A stretch of DNA of 64,000 nt from Candidatus Shapirobacteria bacterium (GCA_043817235.1 JBDRHA010000006.1:10041-74040), one strand, 5' to 3'; positions 53,762-63,229 are shown, counted from the first letter of the stretch. Notes: generated from the letters alone by a model not told the origin. Translations and numbers: made by a program.

Positions 53762-56215
53762 GTGAAGTTTATAATAAATAAAGAAATATTTAATCGTTGG
53801 CCTGGTTTAAAAATAGGTGTAATTGTCGGTTTAGAAATTGATAATATCAAGGCCAGAAGAAAAAGCCTTGACTTGTTAAGACAAGAAGAGCAAAAACAAA
53901 GAAATAGTTATTCTTTGGAAGACTTAGAAGAGAAAAAAGTTCTTCAAGCCTGGCGCCAGACATATCAGGATTTTGGGGCAAGCTCCAAAAAGTATAGTTC
54001 TTCAATAGAAGCTTTACTAAAAAGAGTTCTTTCAGGCAGTGTTCTTCCAGATATTAATCCCTTGGTAAACTTTTATAATTATCTTTCTTTAAAATACTGC
54101 CTTCCTTTGGGAGGAGAAGACTTAGACAAAATTAAAGGAGATATTTCTCTTGCCTTTGCCGTTGGCGAGGAAAAAGGGCAATATATTGGTTCTGATAAGA
54201 TTGAGGCTGCTCTTCCCGGAGAAGTAATTTATAAAGATGAATTAGGATTTATTTGCCGCCGTTTTAACTGGAGGGAAGCAGATCGGACTAAGTTTACGAC
54301 TCAAACTAAAAATGCAATCTTGATTGCCGAGTACTTACCCGAGGGCGAGTTTTCCCTATTTGATCAAGCAGGAGAAGAATTGGCCAAGATAGTTGAGGAG
54401 GAGCTGGGTGGAAAGACTTTAAAAATTATTTTAGATAAAAAAAATCCCGGTTTTGAGTTTAAGTTTTCTTCGAAAGCGAGCTTGAGAGCAGAAAAAGAAA
54501 AAGTAATTTATACTCCATCGGCGGGGTGGATGGTCGAGGAGAAACTAAAAATCTTGCTTGCCAAAGCAGTAAAAGATATTTGGGGCAAGAAAATTAGTAA
54601 AAAAGAAATTAATATTGAGCACCCGACGATAGCTAATCACGGCGACCTTTCGTCTAATTTAGCTTTAATTTTAGCCAAAGAACTTAAAAAATCTTCCCAA
54701 GAGCTTGGCCAGGAGCTTCTTTCCTATTTTAATAAACAAGAAATTTCCATGATAGAAAAAATTGAATTTGCTTCACCAGGATTTTTAAATTTTTGGTTGA
54801 CTCCCCGATATCTGACTTCCGAAGCAAAAAAAATTTCTAACCAAAAGAGCTTTGAGAAAGAAATGCGGGAACTTGGCAAGGGCAGGACTGTAGTGATTGA
54901 TTATTCGGCCCCGAATATTGCTAAAGCTTTTGGCATTGGCCATTTGCGCTCGACGAACATTGGCCAGGCAATTTACAATCTTTATTCTTTTCTAGGCTGG
55001 AAAACAATTGGCGACAATCACTTGGGCGATTGGGGAACGCAATTTGGCAAGCTGATTGTCGCGATTCAAAAGTGGTGGAGAAAAGATTTGAACAAATTGA
55101 CAATCAATGATTTAGAAAAGCTTTATGTCAAATTCCACAAAAAAGAGAAGCAAGACAAAAGATTAGAAAAGGAAGGCCGGCTTTGGTTTAAGAAATTAGA
55201 AAAGGGGAACAGAGAGGCCAAAAAAATCTGGCAATGCTGTGTAAATATTTCTTTAAAAGAATTTGACCGTGTTTATCAGCTGCTGGAAATAAAGATTGAT
55301 TATGCGTATGGCGAGGCTTTTTATCATTTTAAAGGCTGGATGGAGAAAGTAGAAAAAGATTTGGGGAAAAATAATCTTTTGGAAAAAAGCCAAGGAGCAA
55401 CAGTAATAAAGATTCCCGGTTTTAAAGTGCCTGGGATGATGATTAAATCAGATGGAGCAACTACTTATTTACTGCGAGATATGGCGACCCTGTTTTTTAG
55501 GAAAAAGACTTGGAATCCGGATTTAATTATTTACGAGGTAGGGGCGGATCAAAAATTTCACTTTCGCCAACTTTTCGCCGCCGCTCAAAAGGCCGGTTAC
55601 TTTCAAAAAGAGCAATTAATTCACGTTGCCCATGGTTTAATCCGCTGGAAGCATGCCAAGTTTTCAACACGCAAGGGAGATACGATCCATTTAGAGGATA
55701 TTATAAAAGAGGGGATTAAAAAAGCCGGAAAGCTGGCTGAAAAAAAAGACCGAAAGATTGCCCAAGCAGTAGGGATTGGGGCAATTAAATTTAATGATTT
55801 AAAGCAAGAGCCGGAAAAAGATATTATTTTTGACTGGGATAAACTATTAGCTCTCAATGGCTACAGCGCGCCCTACTTGCAGTATACTTATGCTCGCTGT
55901 GCTTCAGTAGAAAAAAGGGCAGGCAGTAGTAAGCTTACGGTTCAAAGCCAAAAGCTGAATGCCGAAGAAATTAATTTGCTAAGAATTTTTTACCAGTTTC
56001 CCGAAGTGATTTTGGCAGGGGCGAACTTTTTTGCTCCGCACCTGCTGGCCCAGTATTTGTTTAAGCTTGCCCAAAGCTTTAATTTGTTTTACCAAAAAAA
56101 TAGAATTATAGAAGAAGAACCAAATTATTTTAGATTATTTTTAACCAAGACTACCGGGCAAATCTTAAAAACAGGCTTGAGAATTTTGGGTATTCCGGTT
56201 TTAGAAAGGATGTAA
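53762..56215 (+). CDS. argS: Arginyl-tRNA synthetase with N-terminal B3/4 domain
   Basis: HGDLSSN, DYSAPNIAKAFGIGHLRS, NHLGDWGTQFG, KFSTRKG, PYLQY; N-terminal SSIEALLKR..INPLVNFYN..GGEDLD..CRRFNWRE. Confidence 0.93.
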   Translation: MKFIINKEIFNRWPGLKIGVIVGLEIDNIKARRKSLDLLRQEEQKQRNSYSLEDLEEKKVLQAWRQTYQDFGASSKKYSSSIEALLKRVLSGSVLPDINPLVNFYNYLSLKYCLPLGGEDLDKIKGDISLAFAVGEEKGQYIGSDKIEAALPGEVIYKDELGFICRRFNWREADRTKFTTQTKNAILIAEYLPEGEFSLFDQAGEELAKIVEEELGGKTLKIILDKKNPGFEFKFSSKASLRAEKEKVIYTPSAGWMVEEKLKILLAKAVKDIWGKKISKKEINIEHPTIANHGDLSSNLALILAKELKKSSQELGQELLSYFNKQEISMIEKIEFASPGFLNFWLTPRYLTSEAKKISNQKSFEKEMRELGKGRTVVIDYSAPNIAKAFGIGHLRSTNIGQAIYNLYSFLGWKTIGDNHLGDWGTQFGKLIVAIQKWWRKDLNKLTINDLEKLYVKFHKKEKQDKRLEKEGRLWFKKLEKGNREAKKIWQCCVNISLKEFDRVYQLLEIKIDYAYGEAFYHFKGWMEKVEKDLGKNNLLEKSQGATVIKIPGFKVPGMMIKSDGATTYLLRDMATLFFRKKTWNPDLIIYEVGADQKFHFRQLFAAAQKAGYFQKEQLIHVAHGLIRWKHAKFSTRKGDTIHLEDIIKEGIKKAGKLAEKKDRKIAQAVGIGAIKFNDLKQEPEKDIIFDWDKLLALNGYSAPYLQYTYARCASVEKRAGSSKLTVQSQKLNAEEINLLRIFYQFPEVILAGANFFAPHLLAQYLFKLAQSFNLFYQKNRIIEEEPNYFRLFLTKTTGQILKTGLRILGIPVLERM

Positions 56216-56217
56216 AA

Positions 56218-56778
56218 ATGCCGACTAGAGCCGAAAGTAACATAACAAGGACAGAAGAAAAAATTAGCAGGGAAGCCAACTACTTTTTTCGTTTAACTGG
56301 ATCAGAGACGGCCTGTTTTTTACTTGCTTGCGCTAGAGCCTTGGAAGGAAAAAAAAGATTTTGTTTTAATCTTTATTTTTACCCAACCGGCAATGCAAAG
56401 GTAGGGGTTGACAGTGCCGATTTAGCGCGAGAAGGTTTGCGTTGTTGGCGAGATTCCGGATTATCCGAACTTTCAGCGAGCTTTTATGCTAAAAGCTATC
56501 AGCTTTTGTATTGTTTCGCCCAGGTAGTTGCTTCTGGCGAAAAAGTCAGAACATTGACTTCAGGGGATGAAATTACTTTAGAAGTGCTAACCGAAACATA
56601 TCCGGAGCAGAATTTGGCAGGTTTGTTTCGCGGCCTACATTCCGGCAGCAGACATTTAATTGATTCTCAGCCAGAGTTATGCTCAACAAGAGTCATCCTG
56701 GTCGATGTTTGGGAAAACAAGTTTTCTGATGGACAAAGGAATGAATTAAGCGGGATGGCGCCGGGTAATTTATTTTAA
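56218..56778 (+). CDS. Hypothetical protein
   Basis: 186-aa ORF 2 nt after argS. Confidence 0.5.
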   Translation: MPTRAESNITRTEEKISREANYFFRLTGSETACFLLACARALEGKKRFCFNLYFYPTGNAKVGVDSADLAREGLRCWRDSGLSELSASFYAKSYQLLYCFAQVVASGEKVRTLTSGDEITLEVLTETYPEQNLAGLFRGLHSGSRHLIDSQPELCSTRVILVDVWENKFSDGQRNELSGMAPGNLF

Positions 56779-57021
56779 CCGTGCAAATAATTCAGAATCT
56801 CTAGTGGTGATAGGTAAGAGGGTAAAAAACATTTTGCGACGTGGAAGTGGTGAAATTACCCCTGGTTTTTAATTCTTTCCTATAGATTAGTGGTTTTTAT
56901 TCTGCTGATAAATTTTGATACATTAATTGCTACTTGACACTTTTCCGTGGTTGTTTTTTACTAAGAAGCTTTCTTTATCTGCCCGATAAGTTTTTAGTGA
57001 GTTTAATATTGTATTAAATCT

Positions 57022-59097
57022 ATGTTCCGCGCCAAAAAAGAAATTAAAATTAAAAAAATCAAAAAAAGGAGTGGAAAAATTGTCCGCTTCGCGCCTTCTA
57101 AGATTGAGCGAGCAATTCATCAGGCTTTTAAAGCTGCTGGCGAGGGTGATAGAAAAAAAGCTAAGCTGCTAACCCAAAAGGTAATCAAAGAACTGGAAAA
57201 ACGCTTTAATTCTACTATTGTTCCTGAGGTGGAACAGGTGCAGGATATTATTGAAGGAATTTTCCAAAGACATAATCTGGAAAAGACGCTTAAGGCTTTT
57301 ACTTTATATCGGGAATTGCACCGCAAACTGCGGGATATTTCATCATTAGTGGACTCCGATGAGCTAATTGAGAAATATTTAGATCATAGCGATTGGCGAG
57401 TAAAAGAAAATGCCAACATGACCTACTCTCTTCAGGGATTAAATAATCATGTGGCAAGCATAATTTCTTCTAACTTCTGGCTGAATAAAATTTATTCTCG
57501 GGATATTCGAAAAGCTCACGCCCAAGCTGATATTCATATTCATGACTTAGCTTCACTTTCTCCTTACTGCACTGGTTGGGATTTAAAAGACCTGCTTATT
57601 AAGGGGTTTGGGGGAGTGCCCGGCAAAGTAAACAGCAAGCCGGCCAAACACTTTGGTGCGGCTTTGGGTCAGCTAGTTAACTTTTTCTACACCATCCAAG
57701 GAGAAGTGGCGGGAGCGGTTGCTGTTTCTAACTTTGATACTTATCTGGCTCCTTTTATTCGCCTTGATAAGCTTAAATATTCCGAAGTTAAGCAGGCAAT
57801 GCAGGAATTTCTTTTTAATATGAATGTGCCTACTCGGGTTGGTTTTCAAAGTCCTTTTACTAATGTTACCTTGGATTTAAGACCGACTAAAACAGTTGGA
57901 GAGGAGGCAGTTATCATCGGCGGTAAGCCGACTAAACACAAATATAAAGAATTTCAAAAAGAAATTGACATCTTTAATCAGGCATTTGCTGAAGTAATGA
58001 TGGAAGGAGACGCGCAAGGCCGGGTTTTTACTTTTCCCATTCCCACTTATTCTATTACCAAGGACTTTGATTGGGATAACCCGAAGCTGGAGCCGGTTTG
58101 GGAGATGACCCGAAGGTATGGCGTGCCCTATTTTTCTAACTTTGTCAATTCGAGCATGGATCCGGATGACGTTAGAAGTATGTGTTGTCGGTTGCGGCTA
58201 GACAATCGGGTTTTAAGAAAACGCGGCGGTCTTTTTGCCGCCAACCCGTTGACAGGCTCTTTGGGAGTAGTGACGATTAATTTATCGCGCATTGGCTACC
58301 TAGCTAAAAAAAGAGGAGGCAGTGAAAAAGACAAAAAAAATCAATTTTTGAAAATCTTAAGACAGATGATGGATCTAGCCAAAGACTCTTTGGTTACCAA
58401 AAGAGAAATGGTAGAGCAATTTACTAAACAGGGTCTTTATCCTTACTGTCGGTTTTACTTGGCTGATATTTATGAGCGCAATAATGTTTATTGGAAAAAC
58501 CACTTTAATACGATTGGTCTAAATGGGATGAATGAAGCCTTGATTAATTTATTGGGAGCATCTATCGCCGATTTTCAAGGAAAGGAATTTGCTTTAGAAA
58601 TAATGAGGTTTATGCAAGATAGAATTTTGGATTATCAAAAAGATACTGGAGAAATGTTTAATTTAGAGGCCACCCCGGCTGAAGGAACAAGCTACCGCTT
58701 TGCTCAAATTGATAAAGCTAAATATCCTAAAATCAAAGCGGCTAACGAGAAAGATGTTCAGAATAAAAATATTCCTCCTTTTTATACAAACTCTACCCAT
58801 CTACCGGTGGATTATACGGATGATATTTTTGAAGCTCTAGATCATCAAGACGATCTTCAGTGCATGTATACCGGCGGAACGGTTTTGCATGGCTTTTTGG
58901 GAGAGAGTCTGCCCGACACAGGGAGTGTCAAAAGTTTGGTAAAGAAAATAGCCCAGAACTATAAACTTCCTTATTTTACCCTTACTCCTACTTTTTCAAT
59001 TTGTCCTACCCATGGTTATCTTAAGGGGGAGTGGAAGTATTGTCCTAAATGCGATGAAGAAATTGGTTATTCTAAAAAAAAGAAAGGAGGTAAATAA
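57022..59097 (+). CDS. nrdD: Class III anaerobic ribonucleotide reductase, ATP-cone + catalytic barrel, lacking the glycyl-radical tail
   Basis: IKKRSG cone, IHIHDL..PYC, FTFPIPT, SMCCRL, EATPAE, SICPTHG..CPKC. Confidence 0.93.
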   Translation: MFRAKKEIKIKKIKKRSGKIVRFAPSKIERAIHQAFKAAGEGDRKKAKLLTQKVIKELEKRFNSTIVPEVEQVQDIIEGIFQRHNLEKTLKAFTLYRELHRKLRDISSLVDSDELIEKYLDHSDWRVKENANMTYSLQGLNNHVASIISSNFWLNKIYSRDIRKAHAQADIHIHDLASLSPYCTGWDLKDLLIKGFGGVPGKVNSKPAKHFGAALGQLVNFFYTIQGEVAGAVAVSNFDTYLAPFIRLDKLKYSEVKQAMQEFLFNMNVPTRVGFQSPFTNVTLDLRPTKTVGEEAVIIGGKPTKHKYKEFQKEIDIFNQAFAEVMMEGDAQGRVFTFPIPTYSITKDFDWDNPKLEPVWEMTRRYGVPYFSNFVNSSMDPDDVRSMCCRLRLDNRVLRKRGGLFAANPLTGSLGVVTINLSRIGYLAKKRGGSEKDKKNQFLKILRQMMDLAKDSLVTKREMVEQFTKQGLYPYCRFYLADIYERNNVYWKNHFNTIGLNGMNEALINLLGASIADFQGKEFALEIMRFMQDRILDYQKDTGEMFNLEATPAEGTSYRFAQIDKAKYPKIKAANEKDVQNKNIPPFYTNSTHLPVDYTDDIFEALDHQDDLQCMYTGGTVLHGFLGESLPDTGSVKSLVKKIAQNYKLPYFTLTPTFSICPTHGYLKGEWKYCPKCDEEIGYSKKKKGGK

Positions 59098-59237
59098 TGA
59101 AAAAAATAAAGAAAAAGGAAAGAACTAAATGCGAAATTTTCTCTCGGATTGTTGGCTATTTACGCCCCATTTCTCAGTGGAATGCCGGAAAAGAAGCAGA
59201 GTATAATAAAAGAGTGACCTATACTATGGCGAAATGA
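59097..59237 (+). CDS. Separate NrdD glycyl-radical peptide (46 aa)
   Basis: Hand-translated CEIFSRIVGYLRPISQWNAGKEAEY; AAGGAGG RBS; TAATG and ATGA overlaps with neighbours. Confidence 0.88.
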   Translation: MKKIKKKERTKCEIFSRIVGYLRPISQWNAGKEAEYNKRVTYTMAK

Positions 59238-59926
59238 AATTAGCGGGCCTGCAAAAAACTACTTTAATTGATTTTCCGGGAATAATTGCCTGTAGCGTTT
59301 TTACCCTAGGATGTAATTTTCGGTGTCCTTTTTGTCATAATAAACAGCTAGTTGACCCAAGTTTTTTTTCTGAATTAAAAATAATCAGCCTTGGCGACTT
59401 CTTTTCTTTTTTAGCAAAAAGAAAAAATATTTTAGATGGAGTTTGTATTACTGGCGGCGAACCTACTCTACATAAGGACCTGGTTTCCTTTATCAGCCGA
59501 ATTAAAGATTTGGGATTTAAAATAAAACTGGATACTAACGGAAGCAACCCAGTAGCAGTAAGTAAGCTTATTAAAAATAATTTGGTTGATTTTTTCGCTC
59601 TTGACTTCAAAACTAGCTGGGAAAACTATCCAAAATTAACTGGCTTTAAAAATACAGAAAAAATTAAAGAATCAATTAGATTAATATTAAAAGCTAAAAA
59701 AAAGCTGCAGATAAGAACAACTCTTGTGCCCAAAATTCATAACCAGAAAGTCTTGCTTGCCATGGCCAAAGAGCTAAAAGAATTTGAGGGCAAATTTACT
59801 TGGAAATGGCAGGACTTTCGGCCGAGAAATACACTTGAGCCTCGATTTAGTAAGCTAAAATCTTATTCGGGTAAAGAAATTAAGGAGTTAACTTTTGCTT
59901 GTCAAAAGATTATTCCGGTCGGGTAA
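59234..59926 (+). CDS. nrdG: Anaerobic RNR activating radical-SAM enzyme
   Basis: GCNFRCPFCHN, ITGGEPT, KLDTNG. Confidence 0.92.
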   Translation: MKLAGLQKTTLIDFPGIIACSVFTLGCNFRCPFCHNKQLVDPSFFSELKIISLGDFFSFLAKRKNILDGVCITGGEPTLHKDLVSFISRIKDLGFKIKLDTNGSNPVAVSKLIKNNLVDFFALDFKTSWENYPKLTGFKNTEKIKESIRLILKAKKKLQIRTTLVPKIHNQKVLLAMAKELKEFEGKFTWKWQDFRPRNTLEPRFSKLKSYSGKEIKELTFACQKIIPVG

Positions 59927-60542
59927 AAAGGCCGAGAATTTTTTTCTTGAACTCCGATCCGTATTCCTTATAAAAGTGATAGGCGGAAGGAAGAAGAGAG
60001 ACAAATATTACTGCCAAAACAAGATAGTGAAAGTATTTATCCGCTCCGGGGAAATATGTGCCAATTAAATAGCCCCCAAAACCCATTGTCAAAACCCATA
60101 AGATTCCGCCGATAACATTAAAAGAGACAAAGCGATCATAGTGCATCTGAGCTACTCCGGCCATAATCGGCACAAAGGTGCGAATAATCGGCATAAATCG
60201 GGCAATGACTATTGCTTTTCCGCCATGAAGTCTATAAAAATCTTCTGCTTTTTCTAAGTGCTTTTTTTTAAAAATTAAAGATTCTTTTTTTTCAAAAAGG
60301 CGGCGGCCCCATTTGTGGCCAATCCAGTAGCCGGCTGTATCGCCGCCAATAGCGCCGATAATTGATAAAATTACCAAGTAATAAATATTTAAATATCCAC
60401 GGGAAGCAAGCAAGCCAGCGGTTAAAAGTAGACTGTCACCCGGGAAAAAGAAACCAAAAAGTAATCCGGATTCGGCAAAAACAATACCAAATATTCCGAC
60501 GTAACCTACAGTTCTGATTAAGCCCTCAATGTCCCAGTGCAT
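59910..60542 (-). CDS. DedA/VTT-family membrane protein
   Basis: FAESGLLFGFFFPGDSLL, ARFMPIIRTF; promoter TTGACA-17-TACAAT at 60578-60550 fixes the start at 60542. Confidence 0.9.
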   Translation of the reverse strand: MHWDIEGLIRTVGYVGIFGIVFAESGLLFGFFFPGDSLLLTAGLLASRGYLNIYYLVILSIIGAIGGDTAGYWIGHKWGRRLFEKKESLIFKKKHLEKAEDFYRLHGGKAIVIARFMPIIRTFVPIMAGVAQMHYDRFVSFNVIGGILWVLTMGFGGYLIGTYFPGADKYFHYLVLAVIFVSLLPSAYHFYKEYGSEFKKKILGLFTRPE

Positions 60543-60594
60543 GCTTTGAATTGTAATCAAGTTAATAAAATATGTCAATAAATAGCAAGACGAG

Positions 60595-60671
60595 GTCATT
60601 GCGAGGCAGGAATGAAATGACTAACGAAGTAATCTCCCAACGGGGTTGCTTCACTTGCGTTCGCAATGACA
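60595..60671. repeat. Single REPIN-like unit
   Basis: GTCATTGCGA..TCGCAATGAC. Confidence 0.85.
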
Positions 60672-60713
60672 AAGCGGTTGTCTTTTGGCCTTAATCTGTT
60701 AAAATAGCAAACA

Positions 60714-60887
60714 ATGGCAAAAAAGGGGAATAGGCTAATTCTTGGTTTAGTTTGTTCGGTGTGCAATAGTTTTAATTACATTACCGAGCGTAACAAAATT
60801 AATACCACCGAAAAGCTGAAAATAAGCAAGTACTGCAGAAAGTGCAAAAAGCGGACCGAGCACAAAGAAACGCAGAAATTAAAATAG
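60714..60887 (+). CDS. rpmG: 50S ribosomal protein L33
   Basis: Hand-translated MAKKGNRLILGLVCSVCNSFNYIT..KYCRKCKKRTEHKE. Confidence 0.93.
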   Translation: MAKKGNRLILGLVCSVCNSFNYITERNKINTTEKLKISKYCRKCKKRTEHKETQKLK

Positions 60888-60903
60888 CTTTAAGTTAACT
60901 TGC

Positions 60904-60977
60904 GGGCCCGTGGCTCAGTTGGCTAGAGCGCCTCGATGGCATCGAGGAGGCCGCCGGTTCAAGTCCGGCCGGGTCCA
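60904..60977 (+). tRNA. tRNA-Ala(GGC)
   Basis: GGGCCCG/CGGGTCC with G3:U70; CCTCG-AT-GGC-AT-CGAGG. Confidence 0.93.
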
Positions 60978-62081
60978 CTAATAATATTTTTTTGCCCAAG
61001 TTTGAACTTCTCTAAATTTATTTTCCTCTATGCTTTTTCTAATCCAGGCCATTAAGCGCATGTAAAAAGTTAGATTATGAATAGTTAATAAACGAGAGGC
61101 GAGCGGCTCTTTGACTCGCAGTAAGTGATGCAAATAAGAGCGGGTATAGGTTTGGCAGGTCAAACAGGGGCAATTTTTATCCAGGGAAGCTTGATCTAAT
61201 CTGTATTGACTCTTTTTTAGATTTAGTTTGCCAGAAAAAGTATAAATAGTGCCATGGCGGGCGTTGCGAGTGGGAATTACGCAGTCAAATAAATCCCAGC
61301 CCATGCTGACGGCTTGAACAATTTGTTTTGGCGGCCCGCCGCCCATTAAATAGCGCAAGCGATTGTTAGGAATAAGTGAAGCAGTGTAAGCTAGAATCTC
61401 GTTATTTTCCGGCGGGCCGCCAAACCCATATCCCGGAAAACAAGAAATTGCTTCCAGCTCTTGAAAATTAATTTTCCGCAGTTTTTTGTTATTTGCTCCC
61501 TGAATAATAGACAGCAGCATTTTATTTTTGCTATTTTTTGATTTTTGAAAAGCTTCTAAGCTTTCTTTAGCCCATTTAGTTGTTAGCTTTACTGACAATT
61601 TGTTGTCTTTTTTGCTGCCTTTGGGAGCAATGGGGTAATCTAGACACATTAAAATATCTGCGCCCAAATTAAGCTGGATTTTAATAGATTCGGCTGGCGT
61701 AAAAAAGTGTTTGGCTCCGGTCAGATGGTCGCGAAATTCCACGCCCATATTTCCGACTCGGCCCATCTTTTTTTGGTAAACCAAAGAGAAAACCTGCCAG
61801 CCGCCGCTGTCGGTAAGCAATGGCCTTGGCCAACCCATAAACTTTTTTAAGCCGCCGGCTTTTTTAATAACTTCAAATCCTGGCCGTAGCCAGAGGTGGT
61901 AGCTATTGCCTAAAATCATTTGCAAGCAGATTTCTTTTAAATCTAAAGCGGATAAGTGCTTAACCGCGCCGTAAGTGGCATCAGGAATAAAGCAGGGAGT
62001 AAAAACTTTTCCCGAAGGGGTATTAATAACCCCAGTTCTGGCTTGGGTTTTGCTGTCGCTTTTCAGAACAGAAAATTTCAT
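60978..62081 (-). CDS. tgt: tRNA-guanine transglycosylase
   Basis: NSYHLWLRPG, LTDSGGWQVFSL, RYLMG, DLFDCVIPTRNARHG, CPCLTC, HNL. Confidence 0.93.
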   Translation of the reverse strand: MKFSVLKSDSKTQARTGVINTPSGKVFTPCFIPDATYGAVKHLSALDLKEICLQMILGNSYHLWLRPGFEVIKKAGGLKKFMGWPRPLLTDSGGWQVFSLVYQKKMGRVGNMGVEFRDHLTGAKHFFTPAESIKIQLNLGADILMCLDYPIAPKGSKKDNKLSVKLTTKWAKESLEAFQKSKNSKNKMLLSIIQGANNKKLRKINFQELEAISCFPGYGFGGPPENNEILAYTASLIPNNRLRYLMGGGPPKQIVQAVSMGWDLFDCVIPTRNARHGTIYTFSGKLNLKKSQYRLDQASLDKNCPCLTCQTYTRSYLHHLLRVKEPLASRLLTIHNLTFYMRLMAWIRKSIEENKFREVQTWAKKYY

Positions 62082-62112
62082 GCTCCTATTTTAGCAATAC
62101 TTGCCCAACTAG

Positions 62113-62268
62113 TCATTCCGAGCGAGTCAAGATAGAAAGATCCTTCGGCTATGCTCAGGATGACTATTTAATCTGTCATTCCGAGCGAAGCCCCGCGATT
62201 CGCGGGGCGCAGTCGAGGAATCTTCGGAAAAATCCTTCGATCCCGCCGGTGCGGGGCTCGCAATGACA
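62113..62268. repeat. REP cluster
   Basis: GTCATTCCGAGCG units with mini-hairpins. Confidence 0.88.
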
Positions 62269-62326
62269 ATAGGTGCGGTATTATTGAGTTTAAGCGGGGG
62301 AGTAGGATAAAATATAGTAGTCTTTT

Positions 62327-62397
62327 AGGCCCGTGGTGAAATGGCTATCATCAACGTCTCCAACCCCGCAGCTGCGGGGCGAGTCCTGGAAGGGCCT
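62327..62397 (+). pseudogene. Disrupted copy of tRNA-Trp
   Basis: First 37 nt identical to 62665-62701; then CCCCGCAGCTGCGGGG replaces 17 nt; then CGAGTCCTG..GGGCCT. Confidence 0.85.
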
Positions 62398-62408
62398 TTT
62401 AGATTAAA

Positions 62409-62666
62409 ATGTTTTACGTTTATGTCTTGTTGAGTATAAAAGACAAGAATATTTATACTGGGCTTACCTCTAATTTGCTGGCTAGACTAACCGAACATAA
62501 AGAAGGTTTAGTGAGGTCAACCAGAAGCAGAAGACCGGTAAAATTGATATACTATGAGGCTTATTTATCTAAGGTAGACGCTTTACGCAGAGAAAAATAT
62601 TTAAAATTGGGCGGCAAAGCCAAGACGACTTTAAAAAAACAAATACAAGAATCTTTATTATTTTAG
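62409..62666 (+). CDS. Stand-alone GIY-YIG nuclease (second subfamily)
   Basis: FYVYVL..IYTGLTSNL..RL.EH..ST..RRP.KLIYYE..A..REKYLK. Confidence 0.9.
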   Translation: MFYVYVLLSIKDKNIYTGLTSNLLARLTEHKEGLVRSTRSRRPVKLIYYEAYLSKVDALRREKYLKLGGKAKTTLKKQIQESLLF

Positions 62667-62736
62667 GCCCGTGGTGAAATGGCTATCATCAACGTCTCCA
62701 AAACGTTGGTTTCAGGTTCGAGTCCTGACGGGCCTG
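62665..62736 (+). tRNA. tRNA-Trp(CCA)
   Basis: AGGCCCG/CGGGCCT; AACGT-CT-CCA-AA-ACGTT; GGTTCGAGTCC. Confidence 0.92.
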
Positions 62737-62764
62737 CCGCGATTTTGAATGCTATAATTATTCT

Positions 62765-63229
62765 ATGGATGTAAAGATTAAGAAGGCTCGGACAAAAGAT
62801 TGGAAAGTGATTCAAAAACTCAATAATCAAGTTTATCTTAATGATAAAAAGAACGATGACGACCTTGATTTAACCCAGCCTTTTACCGAAAAAGGAATAA
62901 AATATTACAAAGATTTGGCTGAGGGCAAATATGGACATTGTTTGATTGCTTTTTTAGATAATAAGCCGGTTGGCTATATCGCTTTGGCCAAGAAGAGTTT
63001 CAGTTATCGGAAAAGCAAGTACGTAGAGGTTGAAAACATGGGAGTTGATCCTGAGTATCGTTCTAAAGGAATAGGGAAGAAATTGATGGATGCAGGAAGC
63101 AAGTGGGCCAAAAGCACGGGGGCAGCCAAAATGTGGGTGGTTGCTTACTGGGGGAACAAGGAGGCAATTAAGTTCTATAAAAAGAATGGTTTTTATGAGT
63201 CGGGTTTAGAGTTGGATAAAAAGCTATAG
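62765..63229 (+). CDS. GNAT-family acetyltransferase
   Basis: VDPEYRSKGIGKKLM, N..AIKFYKKNGF. Confidence 0.9.
   Translation: MDVKIKKARTKDWKVIQKLNNQVYLNDKKNDDDLDLTQPFTEKGIKYYKDLAEGKYGHCLIAFLDNKPVGYIALAKKSFSYRKSKYVEVENMGVDPEYRSKGIGKKLMDAGSKWAKSTGAAKMWVVAYWGNKEAIKFYKKNGFYESGLELDKKL

Noticed and set aside
56790-57010. NrdR boxes upstream of nrdD (TAGTGGT motifs)
   Set aside because: Only partial resemblance to the consensus; cannot be supported by eye
14047-59610. Antisense or alternate-frame ORFs inside leuS, ileS, the ATPase, peptidase, mreB, argS, nrdD and nrdG
   Set aside because: Shadow ORFs of well-supported genes, with no motifs of their own
441-62268. Repeat clusters as CRISPR arrays or integron attC cassettes
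   Set aside because: No regular identical repeat-spacer periodicity, no cas genes or integron integrase, and no RYYYAAC/GTTRRRY ends
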